Positions 1 to 9,400 of a DNA stretch of 32,248 nt are shown one piece after another. Numbering within the stretch: position 1 is the first letter of the stretch; each line of letters begins with the position of its first letter. The DNA is from a virus (Duplodnaviria; Caudoviricetes). A model generated the notes under the pieces. The model was given only the letters and a program-made list of their open reading frames with translations, was not told where the DNA came from and did no database searches. The stretch spans positions 1 through 32,248 of the IMG/VR virus record IMGVR_UViG_3300011339_000283. One strand, given 5' to 3'. The translations under genes were made by a program, and so were the position numbers.

Positions 1-23
1 GACAGCAATGAGGTGGAACTGCT

Positions 24-1664
24 GTGGGCGTGATCAAGCTGCCATATGCAATCGACGCAATGGCGCAACGTAAAATTATTGAAAAACGAAAATGCGAATT
101 GTCACTGGCTGAGTTTGTCAAAGCGGCATGGCATGTGATCGAACCCGAACAGCCATATGTTCACGGCTGGCACATCGACTTCATCTGCGCACACCTCGAA
201 GCCATCACGCGCGGCGAGATGCTGGACGATGATACTTACTACAACCGCCTGCTCATCAACGTCCCACCTGGCACGATGAAGTCCCTGCTTGTTGGGGTGT
301 TCTGGCCAGCGTGGGAGTGGGGGCCGCAGAATATGCCGTCTATGCGGTATGTCTGCGCCTCGCACTCGCTGGAACTGGCCCTGCGTGACAGCTTGCGCAT
401 GAGGCGACTGGTCAGCAGCGAGTGGTATCAGGGCCACTGGGGTGACATCGTTAAGCTGGTGGGCGACCAGAACGCCAAGGGCAAGTTTGAAACCACCGCG
501 ACAGGCTCACGGCAGGCCTGCGCCTTCTCTGGGTTGACGGGGTATAGGGGTGATCGCGTTATAGTTGATGATCCCCACAGCGTGGATGACGCAAACTCGG
601 ATGCCAAGCGTATGGCTGTCACCAACCTGTTTAAGGAAGCCGTGACCTCGCGCCTCAACAACCCCGACAAGTCTGCCATTGTGGTGGTGATGCAGCGCCT
701 GCACGAACTGGACGTGTCTGGCGTTATCCTTGATGCGGGTGGCATGGGCTATGACCACATCATGCTGCCGATGCGGTACGACCCCCTGCGCGCGCAGCCA
801 ACGATGCTGGGCTACGAAGACCCCCGCGAGGAGGATGGCGAGCTTCTGTTCCCTGACCGCTTCCCTGAGCATGTGGTTGACCGCGACGAGGCCGCCATGG
901 GGCCATACGCGACCGCTGGCCAGTATGCGCAAAGCCCTGAGCCTCGCGGCGGCGGCATCGTACAGGACGCGTGGTGGCAGCTATGGGATCGGCCTGAGTA
1001 TCCACCCATCGAGTACATCGTGGCATCGCTGGACACCGCCTACACGACCAAGGCCGAGAACGACCCCAGCGCGCTGACGGTCTGGGGCGTGTTCGGTGGC
1101 AGTTCGGACTCTGCGGCGACGAGGATGGTTGACAGGTACGGCAGGCCGATGGACGTGACCCGCAGCATTCAGTCCTCATCCCTCGGCCCTGTGCCGAAGG
1201 CCATGATGATGTATGCGTGGCAGGACAAGCTCGAAGTCCACGACCTCACCAACAAGGTGGCCGACATCTGCAAGCGGATGAAGGTTGACGTGCTGCTGAT
1301 TGAAAACAAGGCGGCTGGCCATTCAGTGGCGCAGGAGATGCGGCGACTGTTCGGCAATGAGGACTTCGTTGTCCAGATGTACGACCCCAAGACCCTCGAC
1401 AAGGTGGCCCGCCTGTACTCGGTGCAGCACATCTTCAGTGAGGGTATGGTGTATGCGCCCAACAAGGACTGGGCCGAGATGGTGATCAGGCAGACCTCAT
1501 CGTTCCCGCGCGGAAAACACGACGATCTTGTCGATACTGTAAGTATGGCCTTGAAACATCTGCGAGATGTGGGTATGCTCACACGAGCCGCAGAACGAAT
1601 GGCTGAAATCGAGAGCAGCAAGGTGTTCCATGGGAATGGAGATGTGCCGCTCTACAACGCATGA
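24..1664 (+). CDS. terL: Terminase large subunit
   Basis: Walker A-like INVPPGTMKS, Walker B VIVDDPH, coupling motif VVMQRLHE, RNase H-like nuclease ASLDTA / IENKAAG / FPRGKHDDLVDT. Start (GTG 24 vs a later ATG) uncertain. Confidence 0.95.
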   Translation: MGVIKLPYAIDAMAQRKIIEKRKCELSLAEFVKAAWHVIEPEQPYVHGWHIDFICAHLEAITRGEMLDDDTYYNRLLINVPPGTMKSLLVGVFWPAWEWGPQNMPSMRYVCASHSLELALRDSLRMRRLVSSEWYQGHWGDIVKLVGDQNAKGKFETTATGSRQACAFSGLTGYRGDRVIVDDPHSVDDANSDAKRMAVTNLFKEAVTSRLNNPDKSAIVVVMQRLHELDVSGVILDAGGMGYDHIMLPMRYDPLRAQPTMLGYEDPREEDGELLFPDRFPEHVVDRDEAAMGPYATAGQYAQSPEPRGGGIVQDAWWQLWDRPEYPPIEYIVASLDTAYTTKAENDPSALTVWGVFGGSSDSAATRMVDRYGRPMDVTRSIQSSSLGPVPKAMMMYAWQDKLEVHDLTNKVADICKRMKVDVLLIENKAAGHSVAQEMRRLFGNEDFVVQMYDPKTLDKVARLYSVQHIFSEGMVYAPNKDWAEMVIRQTSSFPRGKHDDLVDTVSMALKHLRDVGMLTRAAERMAEIESSKVFHGNGDVPLYNA

Positions 1665-1897
1665 GGATTAAAATTATGAGCAAGATTGATCTTGCAGATA
1701 AGATTGCTGATCTGATTCATCAGCATATTAAAGGTTCAGATATTGAACTGTTCGATGCAATCGACGCTGTGGCCGCAGCACTTGCGGCCCTGACACTCTC
1801 TTCTGCCAAGGAGGGACTTGAGTTCGGTGCGATAATGTCTGCGTCAATGCTGACAACACGCCACGGCGTGAGAATGATCGAGGGGATGAAAAAATGA
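1661..1897 (+). CDS. Small hypothetical protein, paralog of next ORF
   Basis: ATGA overlap with terL; shares DAI(D/E)..A.....L...SAKEG.E with 1894..2163. Confidence 0.7.
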   Translation: MRIKIMSKIDLADKIADLIHQHIKGSDIELFDAIDAVAAALAALTLSSAKEGLEFGAIMSASMLTTRHGVRMIEGMKK

Positions 1898-2163
1898 CCG
1901 ATGACGAGAAGAAAACAGAACTGGCGATGAAGGTGTCTATGCTTGTGACCAAGACGTGTCTCAACTTGGAACTTGCGCCGTACGATGCAATTGAGGTGCT
2001 GGCTAGGGTTATGACGATTTTGGCGGTCACTTCCGCAAAGGAAGGGCGTGAGGCTGACCTCATGCTCGATGTCTTTGCGATGATCTGGGAAATTGCCACT
2101 GAAGTAATTGAAGCAAAGCGCGAGGAGGATGACGATGAGAGTTCTATGCAACGCAGTCATTGA
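1894..2163 (+). CDS. Small hypothetical protein
   Basis: ATGA overlap with previous ORF; SAKEG motif shared with it. Confidence 0.7.
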   Translation: MTDDEKKTELAMKVSMLVTKTCLNLELAPYDAIEVLARVMTILAVTSAKEGREADLMLDVFAMIWEIATEVIEAKREEDDDESSMQRSH

Positions 2164-2305
2164 TGGCAATGTCGTGACCGTGGTTGGTGTTGGCCAACAC
2201 AGCGGGATCACACGCGAATACGTGATCGAAGGCGAGGACGAGACGGCAATGGCCATGGAGGGCATCCGCCGTTTTGTTGAGGAGCATCAGAATGATCAAC
2301 CCTAA
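2135..2305 (+). CDS. Small hypothetical protein
   Basis: GAGGAGG at 2122-2128 before ATG 2135 (MRVLCNAVIDG...); part of overlapping gene chain. Confidence 0.6.
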   Translation: MRVLCNAVIDGNVVTVVGVGQHSGITREYVIEGEDETAMAMEGIRRFVEEHQNDQP

Positions 2306-2531
2306 AGAATTGATCGATCTGCCCCACGGCAAGGCTGAGGCGGTTCTGAAGCGTGAGGGCCACTGGGTCAAGGAAACCTTCAAAGTGCGGGTGACGGGGT
2401 ATCACGCCCCCTCACTTGAAACAAAGGTTGTGACGGTTAAGGCTATCGACCAACTTAGCGCGGAGATTGAGGCCGAGGAGGTGTCTGGCTTTGACGAGGT
2501 TATTGAAACTGAAATTATAGGAGATGAATAA
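2292..2531 (+). CDS. Small hypothetical protein
   Basis: GAGGAG upstream of ATG 2292; TAATG coupling to next ORF. Confidence 0.65.
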   Translation: MINPKELIDLPHGKAEAVLKREGHWVKETFKVRVTGYHAPSLETKVVTVKAIDQLSAEIEAEEVSGFDEVIETEIIGDE

Positions 2532-2731
2532 TGGAACTTTGGATGGTTGCCGCGATGACGCTGTACCTGATCCCCGTGATCTGGTTCGTCAATGACTTCG
2601 ACTTTGTCGTTGAATCCGTCCACGACACGTTCCCCACCATGAAAGAAGGCCACGTTTCTGTTGCGATTTTGGTCATTGTGTTCTGGCCGATCACCGCTGT
2701 GTTTGGGGTTCTGTTCGGGGGTGACAAATGA
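2531..2731 (+). CDS. Small membrane protein (two hydrophobic segments)
   Basis: GGAG upstream; hydrophobic LWMVAAMTLYLIPVIWFV and VAILVIVFWPITAVFGVLF. Confidence 0.65.
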   Translation: MELWMVAAMTLYLIPVIWFVNDFDFVVESVHDTFPTMKEGHVSVAILVIVFWPITAVFGVLFGGDK

Positions 2732-3216
2732 TTTGCGGGGTCGGCGCGGAAATTATGTTTTCTGAACTTCGCGGCGACCTCATCTTGCGGCGGGCAACTG
2801 CCGATGAAAACATGAATGAGCATTGGGACTTGCTTGATGCTGAGTTCGGCAGGGTGGATGTCAAAGCCCCAAAGCGCCTGTACCGAGGTGGCCCCGTTGA
2901 CTATACGATGTGGTGGGAACTGCGCACGGTCAACAGGCCCATGCCGCAGGCTGGGTGGGGAATACCGAACGGCGTGGACAGGCTCATCGCCTTGAGTTCG
3001 CCCGCAGGATTTCACCTTGTTGATCCTGCCGATGTAATTCATGATCTTCGAGTGCGGTGCCGTGAGTATTACCGTGGCGAGTTTGGCTTGTACAGCCGCC
3101 CCAACCGTGGCGACTTAATGACGATATTGCCCCAGTGGTATGTTGAGAAACATCAGAAATATTTTTTAGGAGTGAACAATGATCTGGAACCCATGGACGA
3201 AAATCCGCAAGCTTGA
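2728..3216 (+). CDS. Hypothetical protein
   Basis: ATGA overlap, 162 aa, no recognised motif. Confidence 0.6.
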   Translation: MICGVGAEIMFSELRGDLILRRATADENMNEHWDLLDAEFGRVDVKAPKRLYRGGPVDYTMWWELRTVNRPMPQAGWGIPNGVDRLIALSSPAGFHLVDPADVIHDLRVRCREYYRGEFGLYSRPNRGDLMTILPQWYVEKHQKYFLGVNNDLEPMDENPQA

Positions 3217-3397
3217 GGAACGCATCAAGCATGAGATGGATTGCACTGATAAGTTTATGGAGCTTTCTGTGGATTTCTCTAACAAGTTATCCCGCGCCAA
3301 CGATGCCTTAAAGAACATCGCCGCAGAGGAAAAGCCCACCAGTAGCGCAGTCGTAAAGCGCATGGCCGCAATGGCGCGGGAGGGGCTGAAGCAATGA
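3179..3397 (+). CDS. Small coiled-coil protein (MIWNPW N-terminus)
   Basis: AGGAG before ATG; N-terminus duplicated in next ORF. Confidence 0.7.
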   Translation: MIWNPWTKIRKLEERIKHEMDCTDKFMELSVDFSNKLSRANDALKNIAAEEKPTSSAVVKRMAAMAREGLKQ

Positions 3398-3630
3398 TCT
3401 GGAACCCGTGGAAGATAATCCGCAAGCTAAAAGAGCGTTCTGGCTCGCGTCTGGTCTTGGTCGATCCAGATCGACAAGAGCGTGTCAAAGCCATGCTGGC
3501 GGAGCAAACTGGTATTCAGTTAGAACTTGGTTTTGATCCAAATGACAGCACTCAGGGATGGCTGCGCTTGCATCAAATTCTGAAAGATCATGAGGATCGA
3601 ATCAAGAAATTGGAGGCTTCAGTAAAATGA
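3394..3630 (+). CDS. Small protein (MIWNPW N-terminus)
   Basis: GGAGG upstream; ATGA overlaps at both ends. Confidence 0.7.
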   Translation: MIWNPWKIIRKLKERSGSRLVLVDPDRQERVKAMLAEQTGIQLELGFDPNDSTQGWLRLHQILKDHEDRIKKLEASVK

Positions 3631-4124
3631 TCATAAACGGCTCAGACCTCCTGCAGCGCGCCCCCATCAAGGACATGATCAATGAGAAGCGCCGCGAACA
3701 CGGCGTTTCTTGGGGTCTCTCAGAGGCGGGGTACGACATTCGCCTGAAGCAGGATATTGTTTTCTACAAGCCAAATAATAAAGAATACCTGTCAGGGGTA
3801 ATTGTAGACGGTAAATTTTCACAAGGGGACTTCACCATTGCCAGTGCCATCGAAGAGTTCCAAATGCCACACAATCTGGTGGGCATCGTCCACGACAAAT
3901 CCACATGGGCGAGACAGGGTTTGTCGGTATTTAACACAGTGATCGAGAACGGTTGGTGCGGTTTCCTGACGCTTGAGCTTGTGTACCACGGGAGCGGCGA
4001 CCTTCGCATCCCAGCGGGTGCGGGCATTGCTCAGGTGGTGTTCCATGAGACATCCAGATTTGCATCGTACGATGGAAAGTACCAGAACCAGCCTGACCGC
4101 CCCGTGGAGGCCATCGCGCGTTGA
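3627..4124 (+). CDS. dcd: dCTP deaminase (trimeric dUTPase superfamily)
   Basis: AGYDIRL, DKSTWARQGL, VIENGWCGFLTLEL, IAQVVF, YDGKYQNQ. Confidence 0.9.
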   Translation: MIINGSDLLQRAPIKDMINEKRREHGVSWGLSEAGYDIRLKQDIVFYKPNNKEYLSGVIVDGKFSQGDFTIASAIEEFQMPHNLVGIVHDKSTWARQGLSVFNTVIENGWCGFLTLELVYHGSGDLRIPAGAGIAQVVFHETSRFASYDGKYQNQPDRPVEAIAR

Positions 4125-4149
4125 TATTCGTGGCTCCGTCTGCTAATGT
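4121..4149 (+). promoter_or_regulatory. Sigma70-type promoter candidate for portal operon
   Basis: TTGATA (4121-4126), 17 nt spacer, TG-n-TAATGT (4141-4149), just upstream of portal. Confidence 0.55.
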
Positions 4150-4179
4150 GGGCGCAGCCATTACCTTTGAGGGAATACA

Positions 4180-6477
4180 ATGTCAGGCTTGAACCCTAAT
4201 ATCCGCATGATTGAAGATGAGGCGGATGCCGCCATTGGCCCGATGGATGTAACCGTTGAGCATGACGATGCGGAGCCTGATGACGTTCCAGAAATCTCGC
4301 AGGATGGTGCTATCCTCAAGATCGAACACGGCGATGGGTCGATCACGCTGTCACTGGATGGCAAGCCAATCAAAGACCCAGACAACGAGAAGACACCGCC
4401 AGAGGGCTGGTTCGACAACCTTGTTGACGAGATCGATGACATCGAACTCCAGAACATTGCCGATGACCTCATCCGTGGCGTGTCAGATGACCTTGAGAGC
4501 CGCAGCGAGTGGATTGAAGACCGCGCCCAAGGCATCAAGCTGCTGGGCCTCAAGATCGAGATACCTGGCCTGAACGGCGCGGCTGATGGTGCGCCCGTGG
4601 AGGGCATGTCGAAGGTGCGCCACCCCCTGCTGCAAGAAGCTGTGCTGCGCTTCCAAGCCAACGCGCGGTCTGAATTGCTGCCCACCGATGGCCCCGTCAA
4701 AATCCGCGATGACGCAAACGGCAGCACCACCCAGCGCGACGAGATTGCCAACGCCCTTGAGAAGGACATGAACCACTATCTGACCAGCACGGCGCGCGAA
4801 TATTACCCCGACACAGACCGCATGCTGCTGATGCTGGGTTTTGGTGGCACATCGTTCAAGAAGGTATATTTCTGCCCGCTGCGCAACCGCCCCGTCAGCG
4901 AGAGCGTGGATGCCGACAACCTGATCGTGAACAGCGCCGCCACCGACCTGTCAAACGCCAAGCGCGTCACGCACCGCGTCTTCATGCGGCCCAGCACGGT
5001 TACGCGCCTGCAGATCATTGGCATCTACAGCGACATCGAATTGGAGACGCCCAACGAGGTCACGCCAGATGCCGCTCAGGATGCTAAGAGCGCGCAGCAG
5101 GGCGTCACCGCCACATCGTCCAACCCAGATGACCGCGACCGCGAGATTTACGAAGTCTACTGCGAACTGGACATCAAGGGATACGAACACAAGTACAAGG
5201 GCAAGGTGACTGGCCTCGAAATCCCGTACCGTGTCACCATTGACGTGTCTTCGCGCAAAATCCTGTCGATCACCCGCAACTTTGATCAGGACACCGCCGA
5301 TCTGCCAGAGGCCCGCACGAACTTCGTCAAGTACACCTTCGTTCCAGGTCTGGGCTTCTACGACATCGGCCTGCTGCACATCTTGGGCAACACCACCAAC
5401 GCCATCACCGCAGCGTGGCGCGAACTTCTGGACGCTGGCATGTACGCCAACTTCCCAGGGTTCCTGATCAGCGACACGGGATCACGCCAGAACACCAACA
5501 TCTTCCGCATCCCTCCAGGTGGGTCGGCCCAGATCAAGACGGGTGGTATGCCCATCAATCAGGCGATCATGCCCCTGCCGTACAAGGAGCCATCGCAGGC
5601 CTTGATGGCACTGGTGGAGAACATGTCGCAGACTGGTATGCGTGTGGGCGGCACATCTGAGGCTCAGGTTGGCGAGGGCCGCGCAGATGCCCCAGTCGGC
5701 ACCACGCTGGCCATGATCGATCAAGCAACCAAGATCATGAACGCCGTCCACAAGCGGATGCACAGCGCGCAGGCTGAGGAGTTTTCGCTTCTTCTGAAGT
5801 GTTTCCGCGAGCATCCCGAAAGCTTCTGGCAGCGCAACCGCAAGCCCACCGTCCAGTGGAATGAGGACTTGTTCATTCAGGCCATCAACGATGTGGAACT
5901 GGTGCCACAGGCTGACCCCAACACGTCCAGCCACGCCCAGCGCGTGATGAAGATCATGGCCCTGAAGCAGTTGCAGGCCGCGAACCCGCAAATGTACGAC
6001 GAGGAAGCCATCGACAAGGCAGCCCTGCGCGCCATCGGCTGGTCGAACCCTGAGCAATTCCTGAAGCCAGCGCAGGCAAAACAGCCACCACCTGAGCTTC
6101 TTAAGGGTATTGAGGAAATCAAGATCGCCCACCAGAAGGCTGACGCTGACACGCTGCGCGCCCAAGCCACGATGCTGTCTGCCCAGTCTAAGTCGGGCGC
6201 ACCGCAGGGGCCACAGGGGCCGCAGGCAGACCCAGCCAAGATGCTGGCTGAGCAGAACAAGGCCCGCCAGATGGAGTTCTCCATGCAGCGCGACCAGATG
6301 AACGACCAGAACCGCGACCTTGACCGCGAGAAGGACTTGCGCATCGAGCAGATGCGAATGGATCGTGAGCAGATGAATGACGCTACCCGAATGCAGCATG
6401 AGCGTGATATGCAAGAGCGTGACCATGCCCAAGAGGCAGTCAAGCTGGCAATGCAGATCAAGAAGCAGGGGCGATAA
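4180..6477 (+). CDS. Portal protein (P22-like, with helical C-terminal extension)
   Basis: 765 aa after TerL; HPLLQEAVLRFQANARSELLP, FKKVYF, GFYDIGLLH, AVHKRMH; Q/R/D/M-rich helical tail resembling a portal barrel. Confidence 0.9.
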   Translation: MSGLNPNIRMIEDEADAAIGPMDVTVEHDDAEPDDVPEISQDGAILKIEHGDGSITLSLDGKPIKDPDNEKTPPEGWFDNLVDEIDDIELQNIADDLIRGVSDDLESRSEWIEDRAQGIKLLGLKIEIPGLNGAADGAPVEGMSKVRHPLLQEAVLRFQANARSELLPTDGPVKIRDDANGSTTQRDEIANALEKDMNHYLTSTAREYYPDTDRMLLMLGFGGTSFKKVYFCPLRNRPVSESVDADNLIVNSAATDLSNAKRVTHRVFMRPSTVTRLQIIGIYSDIELETPNEVTPDAAQDAKSAQQGVTATSSNPDDRDREIYEVYCELDIKGYEHKYKGKVTGLEIPYRVTIDVSSRKILSITRNFDQDTADLPEARTNFVKYTFVPGLGFYDIGLLHILGNTTNAITAAWRELLDAGMYANFPGFLISDTGSRQNTNIFRIPPGGSAQIKTGGMPINQAIMPLPYKEPSQALMALVENMSQTGMRVGGTSEAQVGEGRADAPVGTTLAMIDQATKIMNAVHKRMHSAQAEEFSLLLKCFREHPESFWQRNRKPTVQWNEDLFIQAINDVELVPQADPNTSSHAQRVMKIMALKQLQAANPQMYDEEAIDKAALRAIGWSNPEQFLKPAQAKQPPPELLKGIEEIKIAHQKADADTLRAQATMLSAQSKSGAPQGPQGPQADPAKMLAEQNKARQMEFSMQRDQMNDQNRDLDREKDLRIEQMRMDREQMNDATRMQHERDMQERDHAQEAVKLAMQIKKQGR

Positions 6478-9400
6478 ATGGACAGAGACAAGGCAATCCG
6501 CGCAGCGAAGCTGACGGCCAATCGCATCTCAAACGAGAGCGACCGCCTTGAAACATCGACCCAAGATGCCTCACATATTTTTGGGGATGGTGCGGCTTAC
6601 AAGTTTTACAAGCACCCCAAAAGTGGTGGGTACATCCAAATCCTTCAACGGCCAAGCGGCCCAGCCTCCGTAATTAACCTTGAAGTACCCGAAGAATTTA
6701 GAGGCCAAGGTATTGGTCAAAGACTTCAAGCTGAGGCCATGAAAAATCACCCATCACTTATGGGTCAGGTGTCATCTAAAGCAGCCGCAACAACAGCGTA
6801 CAGGCTTGGCCGTAGACCTTATGGAAACCCAGAGGCAACGCTTGATGATGTGTTTAAAGGCATAGACAGTGACAGTTCTGTCAACATGCTGACCCCCGAT
6901 GCACAACCAAAATCAAAAGGCGGCGCACTTGAGCTTGCCCGCCACGCCACGGCGGTGGGCCGCGCGGGCGGCCAAGTCGCCCCGTCAGAATACCTGCCTG
7001 ATGTCCCCCGCGCCGTCCATGCCGATGGTGGCCCCGCCATGTTTGAGGGCATTCACCCAGACCTTCGAGGCGAAAGCGGCGCACCGCTTGACCTGTATCA
7101 CGGCACGACACACCCAGAAGAGTTTGAGGCGTTTGACGATGCCAAGCTCGGCGCGCGTGACGCTGGCTTCTTTGGTCGTGGCCACTACCTATCGCCCGAT
7201 AAGGGAAATGCGGAAGAGTACGGCGAAGACGGCACCGTAATCGGCCCGCTCCACGCCGCATTGAAGAACCCATACGTTTGGGATGTGTCGAATGACATGA
7301 GGTCACACAGCACCCTGCGTGATCTTCAGTCTATGGGTATCATGCGTGACAAGAACGAACTAAGGCCTTGGGATAACCTGCAATCTCACCACGTCAGGCC
7401 ATTTATGGCGGAGATGCAAAAGCGCGGACATGATGGTGTGATCGTTAAGACTGGCCATGAACACCTGCCCAATGGCATCTCAGAGGTGGTGGCGTTTGAT
7501 CCACGGTCGATCAAGCACAAAGAGGCTGAGGTGTTTGACCCCACCGACCCCCGCATTCGCCGTGAGAATGGCGGCGAGGTTGAGAAAAAGCGCGACTTTA
7601 TGAGGGACAACCCTGGCGGCGAGTGGCTTGAGGGCAAGCGGGCAAGGGCTGCCCAGTACCCAGGCGATAAATTTATGATTGGTGCCACCACGGGCGTAAT
7701 TGGAGGCAGATCAAGCATGTTTTTGCCAACCAATGTCCTGAAGGGCATTACTGGTTTGGAAAACGAAGTGCGCCGTACTGGTGATCCTAGATACGATGCG
7801 TTGCTAGCCGACGCGCAGAGTGGTGGCTTTGACCCAGAGCAAAAGGGTAACAAGGTTGTGGTGGCCGTAAACCACTTTGGGCAGCCGTACCTCCTTGAGG
7901 GAAACACACGGGTGGCCGTGGCGCACTCCATGGGCATCCCAAAGGTCAAGGCCGAGGTCAGATACTGGAATGGCGCTGAGAATGTTGACGGCCCAATGCA
8001 CCCAGAAAACGTCTTTGACATGGCATCGGACAGCCCCGATGTCGCCAAAGCCACGGGTGGCCCCGTCATGGGCTATGTCCCGATGGCGTCCCTGACCGTT
8101 CCACGGCTGGCCGTTGCGCGCGCGCCAGTGCAGCAGCAGCAGGCGACCGTGGGCAAGTTCAGCGACTCCCTGAACTCTCTGATGGACACCGTCGAGGGCT
8201 TCAAGAAGAAGCCAGAGGCTGATGCCCCAGCGGAATCGCCCAGCGCAGCCAGTGAAGGTCACGCGCCTCAAGGCATGAGCGAGGCGGCGGCGGCAGCATA
8301 CGGAAAGCTGACTGACGCATGGGGGCAGCCCCTCACCGTTGTCAGCGCGTACCGCGACCCAGAGAAGAACCAAGAGGTTGGCGGCGCAAAGGGCAGCCAG
8401 CACCTGCATGGCAACGCATACGACATTGACACGTCAAAGCTTTCCTATGAGGATCGCCTGCGCCTTGCCGATGAGGCGTGGAATGCTGGTTTCAGGGGTA
8501 TTGGCTTCTATGATAACAACATGCACTTTGATGTTGGCGACCCCCGTGGTTGGGGGCCGTCTCACAGCAGGGACAGCATCCCAGAGTGGGCGCAGCCCTT
8601 TACTCAGGAGCGTTATGGCTATGCAGACGGAGGAAGCGCGATGAACGATGACAACCAAGACACCAGTGGCAGAAGCAATGTTGAGAGCCTCTCACTGGCT
8701 CGATCTTTGCGAAATATTGGCTCTGGCGGCGGAGATGATCGAGTCCAAAACCTTTTTGACAAGATCGCTGCTGGGCAACAGCAGGCGCAAAAAGCTTATG
8801 AAATGGCCCATTCAAACGGAGAGTTTGACGACTTCAAGATCGGCGATACGTTTGTTTACAAGCATTCAAAAAACCCCACCCCCATGAAGATAACTGGATT
8901 TTCGGTCAGCCGTGCGGAGTCATTCCCGCAAAGAAAGCGCATCTACAACAACCATGTCCCTGTACTGGAGATGGAAGACCAAGATGCTGGCAAGAAGGTC
9001 AACAAGTACCCTGTGGAGGCGTTCCAAGAAAACCTCCACAAGTACGATTTTGTCAGTGGAAAGCCGCGCGCCGTAAAGGCTGGCGGCGGATCGATAAACG
9101 ACGATAACCAAAACGGAGCAATGGAAAATGGCAATGCACCCATCAATTCTGCAACACGCCCCCAAGCGGGAGAACTTCCAAACGCAGGAGGAATACGAGG
9201 AGGCGCTGGCCTTCTTCAAACACAGAACGAAGCACCTCTTGAGGGACTCCCCCAAAAAATAGTCATCCCTCTGACGGGTCAGGTCATTCAGGCGGGTGCA
9301 GATCCTCGGATCAGGCAAGTTGCGCGTGACTACATGGCGCAGGCAGGGCTGTCATACAGCCCGCCGACAAAATACGCTAGGGTTGACCCGAAGCGGGCCG

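Noticed and set aside
6472-6480. Portal stop directly followed by in-frame ATG (CGA TAA ATG): possible readthrough fusion
   Set aside because: TAA is used as a normal stop throughout and no stimulatory signal is seen; translational coupling explains it.
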